Shown: piece after piece, positions 1 through 8,258 of the stretch
Layout of the letters: each line of letters starts with the position of its first letter
Numbering within the stretch: position 1 is the stretch's first letter
IMG/VR virus record: IMGVR_UViG_3300023210_000030
DNA: 20,000 nucleotides
Source: an uncultured virus (IMG/VR IMGVR_UViG_3300023210_000030)
Lineage: Duplodnaviria > Heunggongvirae > Uroviricota > Caudoviricetes > Crassvirales
Direction: 5' to 3' (one strand)
Made by a program: the position numbers and the translations under genes
The notes under the pieces: generated by a model
Told to the model about the DNA's origin: nothing
Databases searched by the model: none
Seen by the model: only the letters and a program-made list of their open reading frames with translations

Positions 1-3000
1 TAATCCACTTGTTCCGTCTGCTGGAACACTTGTAGCTCCTTGAAATACACTATATTGTGTGTCCGTTGGTGTTACCCAATTACCAGTCCCTTGTAAAAAT
101 TGTAATTCATTTGCAATTAAAGGAGCTGGAACTGCACCTTTTAATCCATTAGTACCACTTGTTGCTCCTGTAAAGGTATTTATAGTTATATCAGGTGTTG
201 CTCCACCTGTTGATTGTATTGGTAAAGTTCCTGAAACGGCCGTAACTGTACCGCTTGGGACAGTAGCCCATGTACCGTCTCCTTTTAAATACTTAACATT
301 ATCGGTTATTCCAGGTGCTGGTACAGCACCTTTTGTTCCTAAACCAACGGTTACACCATCTGAACCTACGAAAGCTGCTAAAGATACTGTAACAGTATTA
401 GGAACAGCACTAACAGCTGCTATACTTAATCCATCTGTTGATGTCCCTTTAAAGTTTATTACTTCCCCATCTCCTATCGTTACAGCAGTACCTCCGTCTC
501 CTTGTATATCAAATCCTGCATAAGAATTGTTAACCGCCCATGTACCGTCTCCTTTTAAAAATTTATTGTAGTCTGTTGCTCCTGATGTTCCTAATGGTGC
601 TGGAACCCCTCCAGGATTACCATCTACACCACTTGATGCTGCAGTAAATGCATTTAATGTTATGTTAGCTTGATCTGATGCTGCAACACCACCTACTACA
701 GTAATACCTCCTGTACCGTTTAGTGTTAATGTGTCTGTTGCGCTTAGTGTTTGATCGTTACCACTATCTCCTGCAAATATCCAATTTTGATAATCATCAG
801 AAGTAGGTAATGTAACAGTCTCAAACTGAACTGCCGTTATATGACCTTGTGTTGATGATGTAATAGTTTTAGCAATAACAAAATCCCCTCCTGAACCTGG
901 TGATAAAGTTGTAGCCGTAGGGTCAGCTCTTGTTATTGCATCATGGTTAAATGTTACGTTATTTGTTGCAGAAACAGTAGATGTTATATCTGTACCACTT
1001 AAAAAGTTTACTGTTGCACCGCTTGTTATTGTTTGTGTTATTGGTGTTGAAGCATCGTCTGATATTACAAAATCATATGCAGACCCTGCAGGCGTAGCCC
1101 ATGTACCATCTCCTTTCAAGAATTTATCGTAATCTGAAGAAGCTTCAAGTGGTGCGGGTACGGCACCACTTGTTCCGTCTGCTGGAACACTTGTAGCTCC
1201 TGTAAAAGTATTTATAGATACCGCTGGTATAGCTGGGTTAGTTACATTATCTAATACTATAGGTAAAACACCTGATACTGATGTTACTGTACCACCACCA
1301 GCCATTGTTGTCCAACCCGCTGTACTTAAGAACTTTCCGTCATCAGCTACCAAAGGCGCTGGCACACCTCCTTGTAATCCTGGTGTTGCACCTGGAACAT
1401 CTGGTGCCGTAAAAGGATCTAAGTTTATTATTAATTTATTTGGGAGTTGCACAGCCCCTGTGTTTGTTGAAATACCAGTTCCCCCCGTAAATAAAACTTC
1501 TCTTTGATCTGGAACCCCTTGATTTGATGTACCAGCATCTCCTGACATAAACCAAGCATTGTAAGAATCGTTTGTTTCCCAAGTTCCGTCACCTTTTAAA
1601 AATTTTAGGCTATCATTTATTGTAGGTGCTGGTACGGCACCTATAACACCATCTGCTGGAGTAACAAGGTCTGGCCCTTGAAATGCTTCTAAATTAATTG
1701 TTGCTATATGGTTAGGGTTTGTTCCTGATACAACTGTATTCAGTCCATCACCCCCTAAAATTGATACATTCTCATCATCAGTTACTTGCTTACTTCCTGT
1801 ATCTCCAATTAATGTCCATCCTAAAAGAGAACCGTTTACATAGGCACTCAAGTCTGAAGCCACTACTTTACTAACTGGTGTCCCACCTACTGTATTACTT
1901 GCATCAGATAGAATAAAAACATCAGTATCAGCCACAGTTGTTACAGTAAGAGAAGTTGCTAATATAAAATTATTAGCAGGAGTAACAAGGTCAGCATAAA
2001 TTAATGAAACTATATTTGTCGCAGGATCTATATTTATAGGCACTGTTCCTGTATATGATGAGCCTGGAACAGAAGTCCATGTACCGTCTCCTTTTAAAAA
2101 TTTATTAACATCAGCTACTAATGGTTGAGGAACAGTTCCTTTTGAACCATTTGTTAAATTAGAAACGTCTGGCCCTGTAAAATCAGTTATGTTTAACGCT
2201 GGTACAGCTGGGTCAGTTGTTGAGTCTACTGTTAATGGTGCTGATACTGACACTCCTGTTAAAGTACCTGAACCTGAAGGTGTTGCCCATGTGCCGTCTC
2301 CTTTTAAGAATTTATCGTAATCAGTTCCTCCAACTCCAATAGGTGCAGGGACTAATCCTGCTGTTCCATCAGCACCGTTTGGAGGTGATGCAGATGAGTC
2401 TTGAGCTCCAACAAAATTAACGTATTCTGTGTTTGGCGGAGTAACCCATGTGTTATCTGCTCTTAAATATGAAGTTAAAACTGTAGCTCCATCTAAAGAG
2501 GCTGTAGGAGCAGTTAATCCTACTGTTAAAATATTAGTAGCACTAATATCTAATCCTATGTAATTGTAATCTATAAGATTTATTGTATTTGTTTGTTCTG
2601 TAAATGTTATTGTGTTGTTTGTAACATCTATTGTTCCTCCAGCACTTACAGGGCTTGTAGCTATTGCAAAAGAAGACATTCCTGAACCTGTAGACGAATC
2701 AATAGTAATTACGTTAGCCGCTGTTGTTATTGTTGTACCTCCTGTTCCTAAAAACTCCACTGTATCACTTGAAAAGTCTGATCCTGATAGCACTAATTTA
2801 TTATCAGTATTTCCTATATTTTGAACTGTATATGTTGCATTATTATTTCCTCCCGATATAGTTATTGTATCACCATCTTCATAACCCGCACCAGGACTAT
2901 TTATTGAAGTTGCAGTTATTTCTCCTGTAGTTGGATCAACGATAACTATATTTATCGCAAACCCTGATCCTGTTGCGCTATTAGTTGTTGTTGCAGCAGC

Positions 3001-5367
3001 CCCTACCGAATAACCTGTTCCTCCACTTACCTGTAAAATATTTAAGCTATCTATTGTCCCTCCTGCTCCTAATTCATATGTTGTATTATTTGATGCTGTT
3101 CCATTTGTAGCAGAAGTTATTCTTCCGTAAGCATCAACAGTTAAATTAGTATTTGTATAAGACCCTACTGTTACTCCAGTTAATGGTAAATCAACATCTA
3201 ACGTTCCTGAAGACGTAATAGGACCACCCGAAACACTTAAAGTACCGAGTGTAGAAGAAATATCAACTGATGTTACAGTACCTCCACCTGCAGAAGAACT
3301 TATAGTTATCTCACCAGCTGGACTACTACTTGATTGAACTAATTTAATATTAGTTCCTTCTTTAAATCTAACAGTACTGCTTCGGCCTGAAGTATCACTA
3401 TTTTGTAAATCTTTTGGTCCTGAATTACTACTAATTATTAATCTACAAGGAGTTATACTTGTTCCACCTGAAACAACAAACATTTGATTAACAGGATAAC
3501 CCGTTCCTGGTGTTGTAATTGTTGCTGATTGTACAATACCTCCACTTGTATTTAAGGTAACTATTAATCCTCCTGTACCTACACTAACATTTGGAGTGGT
3601 AGGATCAGTGTATCCCGTACCACCTTGATTAACATCTATTGTAAGAGGTACTTGACCAGTAAAACTATTTAACCAAGATAAATTCCAATCAGCTCCATTT
3701 GGATTTGAAAATTTTCCTGTAGCATCATAGTATCTATTTGAACTTATTGTATTAATAACAATTTCAGCCGTAATACCTGTAGAACCAGGTACCGTAACTC
3801 TGTCTCCAGGCAGATAACCTGTTCCTCCTGAAACAACTGAATAATCAGAACTATTAGCAATAGTAGTAGATAATACATTAATTGTAAATCCTGATCCTTG
3901 CCCTGAAACTGTATCACAAACAACGCTGTTTGATGGTGTATAATTATCTCCGTTTGTTGAAATTTGTTCAGTAAGAACAACTCCTGTTCCTGCAGGAATA
4001 GATGTTCCTGTTGTCAGTAAACTTCCTAATACACTTGGTACAGCGGCTGTTCCACCTATTGATGTATTAATATAGTTAGATGTTCCACCTACTATAGAAG
4101 TTACAACTCCTGACCCTCCTGCTGCTGGTTCCCAAGTTGGTGTAAGAAATGGTCCTGCTGAAGTTAATACTTGACCAGATGTTCCTGAACTTGCACCTAA
4201 ATAAATAGGTGTATAATCACCAGGTAAATTTAAAGAACCTCCTACAGATATTATACCCTGTGCAGCAGGAACAGTTACATCACCATTACCTACTAATGTT
4301 ATATTAGCAGATGTACCACTTGCACTATTTCCATTATCTAAAACTTCTTGTAAAGTTAAAGATAATCCACTTACTTGTGTCCACGTAGGAGTTAATAAAT
4401 CTCCTTGAGAAGTTAAAACGTAACCCGCTGTTCCTGCGCTTCCCTTAAGTCTTAATTCTGTAAAATCTCCTTGAAAATCTAAAGCTCCACCGCTAATATT
4501 TAAAAATCCTGTTGTTGCTGGAACTGTTGCATCAGCATCTCCTACTACTTTAACAGTACCTAAAAAATTAACTTGTGTATCTGCATCAAAACTTGTTGTT
4601 GAACCAGTATTAGTTCCAATAAACTCAATGCCTACTCCTGTTAAAACATTATCAAACGATGCAGTTGGAGTACATACATCCTGTAGTGTAGGAGAAGTTA
4701 CTGTAGGACTGCTTGTCCATTCTAAACCTGTTTCATCTGAATTTACAGCTAAAAACTGACCATCTGTTCCAAATACTCCGTCAATTTGTAATTGTGTTTT
4801 TTCTTGTAAATTTAAAGCATATGTTGCTATCACAGCTGCAGGATCACCAATTGTAACAGTATTCTGTATATCAACTATACCATTCCATAATAAAGAAGTG
4901 TTTATGCTTCCTGTTAAAGCTCCTGGTGAAGCAACATCATTGGTGAAATTCATACTACTGTCATCCACCACAAGAGTTCTTGCTGTTACAGTATTTCCAT
5001 TAGCAACAACTTCATCCCAAGTTAAAGTAGTTCCAGGAGCAGGAATCCATGCGATTCCCGTTCCTGTAGAACTTAATACTTGTCCATTTGTACCATGACT
5101 TCCTTGTGTTCCTGCTGATATTACAGTTGGAAAAACATCTACAGCACTTAAAATACCTGTGCCTGTAAGTGTTATATTGTTAGAAGCGGTATTACCTACA
5201 TTTAAAACAGATTGTAAATCTTGTAATCCTCCCCCACCACCAGAAATTAAATCACTGACTAAAAATGTTACGGTTTTGTTATTATCGTTAACATCAGTTC
5301 CTATAAGCAAGTCTGATGCCGAAGGGACGATGGTTGGATATACCGTAGTATTAAATATTTTAGCCAT
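1..5367 (-). CDS. Giant repetitive fibre protein (tail or head fibre), >=1789 aa, 3' end outside window
   Basis: Not in the ORF track. Manual translation from the ATG at 5367 (MAKIFNTTVYPTIVPSASDLLIGTDVNDNNKTVTF...) has no stop down to base 1. G/T/S/V-rich, with LQxVLxxGN and GxxGQVLxSxG..W repeats, GTGY repeats and 8 complete FxG...GxVPxP...FLKGDGTW-type repeats typical of phage fibres. Confidence 0.9.
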   Translation of the reverse strand, partial: MAKIFNTTVYPTIVPSASDLLIGTDVNDNNKTVTFLVSDLISGGGGGLQDLQSVLNVGNTASNNITLTGTGILSAVDVFPTVISAGTQGSHGTNGQVLSSTGTGIAWIPAPGTTLTWDEVVANGNTVTARTLVVDDSSMNFTNDVASPGALTGSINTSLLWNGIVDIQNTVTIGDPAAVIATYALNLQEKTQLQIDGVFGTDGQFLAVNSDETGLEWTSSPTVTSPTLQDVCTPTASFDNVLTGVGIEFIGTNTGSTTSFDADTQVNFLGTVKVVGDADATVPATTGFLNISGGALDFQGDFTELRLKGSAGTAGYVLTSQGDLLTPTWTQVSGLSLTLQEVLDNGNSASGTSANITLVGNGDVTVPAAQGIISVGGSLNLPGDYTPIYLGASSGTSGQVLTSAGPFLTPTWEPAAGGSGVVTSIVGGTSNYINTSIGGTAAVPSVLGSLLTTGTSIPAGTGVVLTEQISTNGDNYTPSNSVVCDTVSGQGSGFTINVLSTTIANSSDYSVVSGGTGYLPGDRVTVPGSTGITAEIVINTISSNRYYDATGKFSNPNGADWNLSWLNSFTGQVPLTIDVNQGGTGYTDPTTPNVSVGTGGLIVTLNTSGGIVQSATITTPGTGYPVNQMFVVSGGTSITPCRLIISSNSGPKDLQNSDTSGRSSTVRFKEGTNIKLVQSSSSPAGEITISSSAGGGTVTSVDISSTLGTLSVSGGPITSSGTLDVDLPLTGVTVGSYTNTNLTVDAYGRITSATNGTASNNTTYELGAGGTIDSLNILQVSGGTGYSVGAAATTTNSATGSGFAINIVIVDPTTGEITATSINSPGAGYEDGDTITISGGNNNATYTVQNIGNTDNKLVLSGSDFSSDTVEFLGTGGTTITTAANVITIDSSTGSGMSSFAIATSPVSAGGTIDVTNNTITFTEQTNTINLIDYNYIGLDISATNILTVGLTAPTASLDGATVLTSYLRADNTWVTPPNTEYVNFVGAQDSSASPPNGADGTAGLVPAPIGVGGTDYDKFLKGDGTWATPSGSGTLTGVSVSAPLTVDSTTDPAVPALNITDFTGPDVSNLTNGSKGTVPQPLVADVNKFLKGDGTWTSVPGSSYTGTVPINIDPATNIVSLIYADLVTPANNFILATSLTVTTVADTDVFILSDASNTVGGTPVSKVVASDLSAYVNGSLLGWTLIGDTGSKQVTDDENVSILGGDGLNTVVSGTNPNHIATINLEAFQGPDLVTPADGVIGAVPAPTINDSLKFLKGDGTWETNDSYNAWFMSGDAGTSNQGVPDQREVLFTGGTGISTNTGAVQLPNKLIINLDPFTAPDVPGATPGLQGGVPAPLVADDGKFLSTAGWTTMAGGGTVTSVSGVLPIVLDNVTNPAIPAVSINTFTGATSVPADGTSGAVPAPLEASSDYDKFLKGDGTWATPAGSAYDFVISDDASTPITQTITSGATVNFLSGTDITSTVSATNNVTFNHDAITRADPTATTLSPGSGGDFVIAKTITSSTQGHITAVQFETVTLPTSDDYQNWIFAGDSGNDQTLSATDTLTLNGTGGITVVGGVAASDQANITLNAFTAASSGVDGNPGGVPAPLGTSGATDYNKFLKGDGTWAVNNSYAGFDIQGDGGTAVTIGDGEVINFKGTSTDGLSIAAVSAVPNTVTVSLAAFVGSDGVTVGLGTKGAVPAPGITDNVKYLKGDGTWATVPSGTVTAVSGTLPIQSTGGATPDITINTFTGATSGTNGLKGAVPAPLIANELQFLQGTGNWVTPTDTQYSVFQGATSVPADGTSGL
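5..1201. repeat. Exact 36-bp direct repeat (5-40 and 1166-1201) inside the giant fibre gene
   Basis: CCACTTGTTCCGTCTGCTGGAACACTTGTAGCTCCT occurs twice and encodes GATSVPADGTSG on the minus strand. Confidence 0.95.
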
Positions 5368-5379
5368 ATAATTTCATTT

Positions 5380-5652
5380 TTATTTAGTTATTTCTAACTT
5401 TGATTCTGATTCTTTAGGCTTTTCTGTAACTTCACCTGTCTCTAAATTTATAGTTGCATTCTTACCATATTTTTCCATTAGAGGCCCTTCTTCATTTTTA
5501 AAATTTTCTCTTACCTCTTCAATTTTAGTCATTAAAAGTGATTGTTGCAAAAGAGTATCTCCTAATTGCATTTTTAGTTGATTATACTCACCTTGTAGGG
5601 TTTGTAATTTAGTTAATTCTTCTGTTGATAATGATATATCTTTTTTAGCCAT
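5380..5652 (-). CDS. Small coiled-coil protein, possible fibre assembly factor
   Basis: 90 aa with a heptad pattern (LTKLQTLQGEYNQLKMQLG...) followed by EKYGKNATINLETGEV. It has its own promoter element and sits directly upstream of the giant fibre. Confidence 0.7.
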   Translation of the reverse strand: MAKKDISLSTEELTKLQTLQGEYNQLKMQLGDTLLQQSLLMTKIEEVRENFKNEEGPLMEKYGKNATINLETGEVTEKPKESESKLEITK

Positions 5653-5682
5653 TTTATTTTATTTTATTGGTTATTAATTTAA

Positions 5683-5690
5683 CAAAGATA
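5683..5690 (-). promoter_or_regulatory. Bacteroidetes-type -7 promoter element TATCTTTG
   Basis: Matches TAnnTTTG, intergenic, 30 bp upstream of the ATG at 5652. Confidence 0.7.
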
Positions 5691-5724
5691 CATAATTTTT
5701 TTAAAATAATTATTATGATATATT

Positions 5725-6162
5725 TTAACAATTACCTAAAGAACTACTCCAAGCAAGTCCATTCCATTGTCTACAGTTTGTACCATTAGAATACCAACCT
5801 CCTGCAGCATAAGAAGTACCAGCCGAATTTGAATAAAGATAAGTTTGAGTCAAGAAATTTGAATAAGTACCAGGAGTATATACAGTTGTAGTAGTTTCAC
5901 CTTCACATACTGTTTCGCAACCACCTCCTCTCTCGGCGTCATATTTCGGAGTTATTTCGGTGTTACCACCACCAGCACTTTTACCATAAAAATCAGAAAG
6001 AGAAATTGTACCACTTGATACACCAGCTAAAGATCTGAAATTTGATTGATTTAAATTTGAGTTAGCATTATAAGCTAAACTAAGTTCTAAATTAACTGAC
6101 CTATTAGTATAGACAGCACCTGTTCCTCCTATTGCTATTAAACCGCTACTTACTAATGTCAC
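5725..6162 (-). CDS. Putative fibre-tip adhesin (gp38-like N-terminal attachment region)
   Basis: 145 aa overlapping the end of the S74-bearing fibre gene. N-terminus MTLVSSG...LAGVSSGTISLSDFYGKS, a GGG linker, then a C-terminal domain rich in Tyr/Trp with 4 Cys. Confidence 0.6.
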   Translation of the reverse strand: MTLVSSGLIAIGGTGAVYTNRSVNLELSLAYNANSNLNQSNFRSLAGVSSGTISLSDFYGKSAGGGNTEITPKYDAERGGGCETVCEGETTTTVYTPGTYSNFLTQTYLYSNSAGTSYAAGGWYSNGTNCRQWNGLAWSSSLGNC

Positions 6163-8179
6163 TTAATTTTATTTTAAGTTCATCAATTTGTTTTTGTTGT
6201 TCTTTGACCGCTTCAATAAGATAGCCTACTAAATTACCATATGCAACAGATTTTATGCCATCTTCATTCTCATGAGTCATTACTAATTCTGGTGCTACCT
6301 TTTCTAATTCTTGAGCAATAACTCCTGAACTTTCCTTACCATCTTTAGTGAATGAAACACCTCTCATTTCTAAAACTTTAGAACCATCTAAGGTTTTAAT
6401 ATTATCTTTTAATCTTACATCTGAATAAGCTGAAACATTTCCTGTAGCTGTAAAGTCCCCAGTGTCAGCATCAAAAGTAAACCTTGTAGCATTACCACTA
6501 TTTCCATCTCTTATCTTAAAATCTTCTCCATTGTTTATGTCCATAAACATATCAGAACCACTGAAATACATTTCTACATCATCACCAGTTCCAAAACGTA
6601 ATATATCATTATCTGCTAAATCTATAACACCTCTTACATTTAGAGTACTATTAACAGTCCAATTAGTAACAACAGTCGTACTTGAACTTAAGAAAGGTAG
6701 TTCTTGTACCTCAAAAGATCTTGTTTCTCCAGAAGCAGATTCATCTTGACCTATCATTATAAAATCATTCTCACCTATTGATCCTGTTCCTGATGGACAA
6801 TCAGCTATCAATCCTGCTGAACCATAATCAACCGATACTGTAACACCACCTGAAGTTCCTCCGCCTGTTAATCCACTACCTGCAGTTACTCCTGTAATAT
6901 CACCAGTATTAGTAGTGTATCCCGCACCGTTTGTTAATTGGTTATTATTAGTAATATCACAATTCAGAGTTACTGAACCACTTGTTCCACCACCACTCAT
7001 TCCTGTACCCGCAGTAACATTTGTTATATCACCTGAATTATTAGTAAATGGTAAATCAGATACATTTCCATAATATATATCACTATCACCTACATCACTA
7101 TATATTATCTTATCTGTTGTTTGTATAGCTGTACCAACAGCAGCTGCACTTGCCAATATAAAATTGTCTGCACCACCATAATCCATATTTATGGTTAAGG
7201 TTTCGTTGGATGATTGATTTGTTGTAAAATTACCTGAAGCACCCGAATTTACATTTAATCCATCACCACCTGCAATTGTTATAGTTGCATTGTTTGCTGC
7301 TGCAATATCACAATTTAATGTAACTGATCCACTTGTACCACCACCTGACATACCTGTTCCTGCAGTTACTCCTGTAATATCCCCTGCATTTGTAGTATAC
7401 CCACTATTATTAGTCCACTGACTAATATCACCACTTTTATTTGTAAAAGTTTGAGTATTGCCAGCCGTAGTAGTACCAGTATTTGTAGTATAACCCGCAC
7501 CGTTTGTTAATTGATTGTTATTTGTAATTGTGGTAGCTAAATTACCTTCTCCTGTTATATATTGAGCCGATGAGCCTACCACATCTATAGCTAATGTTCC
7601 ACTTCCTGTTATTGGAGATCCTGAAATATCAAATGCATTACCTGTGTGTGTTTGTGCTACAGATGTTACATCACCTACATTAGTAGTATATCCACTATTA
7701 TTAGTCCACTGACTTATATTACCTCCTTTGTTAGTAAACGTCTGAGAATTAGAAGCAGTAGTTGTACCTGTGTTAGTAGTGTAACCTGATCCGTTTGTTA
7801 ATTGATTATTGTTAGTTATAGTACAGTTCAAAGTTACTGACCCTGAAGTCCCTCCTCCTGACATACCTGTTCCTGCAGTTACTCCTGTTATATCACCTAC
7901 ATTAGTAGTATATCCTGCACCATTTGTAAGCTGATTGTTGTTGGTTATTGTATTATTTAATGTTACACTACCTGATGTACCTCCTCCACTTAGTCCAGTT
8001 CCTGCTACTACTGCTGTTATATCACCCTGTGGTACACCTGCAACAGCATTGTCTACATATAATTTATTAGCAGCGTCTGTATTAGCAGTAACAGTATCTA
8101 CTCCTTGTATTCTACCTGTACCTTCTAAAGTTATTCCTCCTCCAGAGACAGTTAAGTTAGATAAAAAAGTTATAGCCAT
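6146..8179 (-). CDS. Tail fibre with C-terminal intramolecular chaperone (Peptidase S74)
   Basis: 677 aa. DAANKLYVD motif, GDITGVTAGTGMSGGGTSGSVTLN and NNNQLTNGAGY repeats, and C-terminal SDVRLKDNIK...GVIAQELEKVAPELV...VAYGNLVGYLIEAVKEQQKQIDELK, the S74 signature. Confidence 0.9.
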   Translation of the reverse strand: MAITFLSNLTVSGGGITLEGTGRIQGVDTVTANTDAANKLYVDNAVAGVPQGDITAVVAGTGLSGGGTSGSVTLNNTITNNNQLTNGAGYTTNVGDITGVTAGTGMSGGGTSGSVTLNCTITNNNQLTNGSGYTTNTGTTTASNSQTFTNKGGNISQWTNNSGYTTNVGDVTSVAQTHTGNAFDISGSPITGSGTLAIDVVGSSAQYITGEGNLATTITNNNQLTNGAGYTTNTGTTTAGNTQTFTNKSGDISQWTNNSGYTTNAGDITGVTAGTGMSGGGTSGSVTLNCDIAAANNATITIAGGDGLNVNSGASGNFTTNQSSNETLTINMDYGGADNFILASAAAVGTAIQTTDKIIYSDVGDSDIYYGNVSDLPFTNNSGDITNVTAGTGMSGGGTSGSVTLNCDITNNNQLTNGAGYTTNTGDITGVTAGSGLTGGGTSGGVTVSVDYGSAGLIADCPSGTGSIGENDFIMIGQDESASGETRSFEVQELPFLSSSTTVVTNWTVNSTLNVRGVIDLADNDILRFGTGDDVEMYFSGSDMFMDINNGEDFKIRDGNSGNATRFTFDADTGDFTATGNVSAYSDVRLKDNIKTLDGSKVLEMRGVSFTKDGKESSGVIAQELEKVAPELVMTHENEDGIKSVAYGNLVGYLIEAVKEQQKQIDELKIKLSDISK
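6830..8026 (-). repeat. Interspersed coding repeats in the 677 aa fibre
   Basis: GDITxVxAGxGxxGGGTSGxVT x5, ITNNNQLTNGxGYTTN x4, TGTTTAxNxQTFTNKxGxISQWTNNSGYTTN x2. Confidence 0.9.
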
Positions 8180-8196
8180 GAAAAATTGAATTTTTA

Positions 8197-8204
8197 CAAA
8201 TATA
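8197..8204 (-). promoter_or_regulatory. Bacteroidetes-type -7 promoter element TATATTTG
   Basis: Matches TAnnTTTG, 17 bp upstream of the ATG at 8179. Confidence 0.7.
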
Positions 8205-8248
8205 CGAATTAAATTAAAAGCGTTTTGCTAATAATTCAATCCGTATAT
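8200..8248 (-). other. Intergenic RNA hairpin with a 17-bp stem
   Basis: On the minus-strand RNA, AUAUACGGAUUGAAUUA pairs with UAAUUUAAUUCGUAUAU; both imperfect positions are G-U pairs. Confidence 0.7.
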
Positions 8249-8258
8249 GTAAGTTTTA

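Noticed and set aside
5..2470. Repeats as a possible CRISPR array
   Set aside because: Only two exact 36-bp copies, 1.16 kb apart. The other repeats are degenerate, irregularly spaced and in-frame coding, and there are no cas genes.
3744..3980. 78 aa minus-strand ORF
   Set aside because: Alternative frame inside the giant fibre gene, with the L/Q-rich composition typical of off-frame reading.
5725..8179. Diversity-generating retroelement acting on the fibre or tip genes
   Set aside because: No reverse transcriptase in the window and no template/variable repeat pair with adenine-specific mismatches; repeat differences look mostly synonymous. Cannot be excluded elsewhere in the genome.
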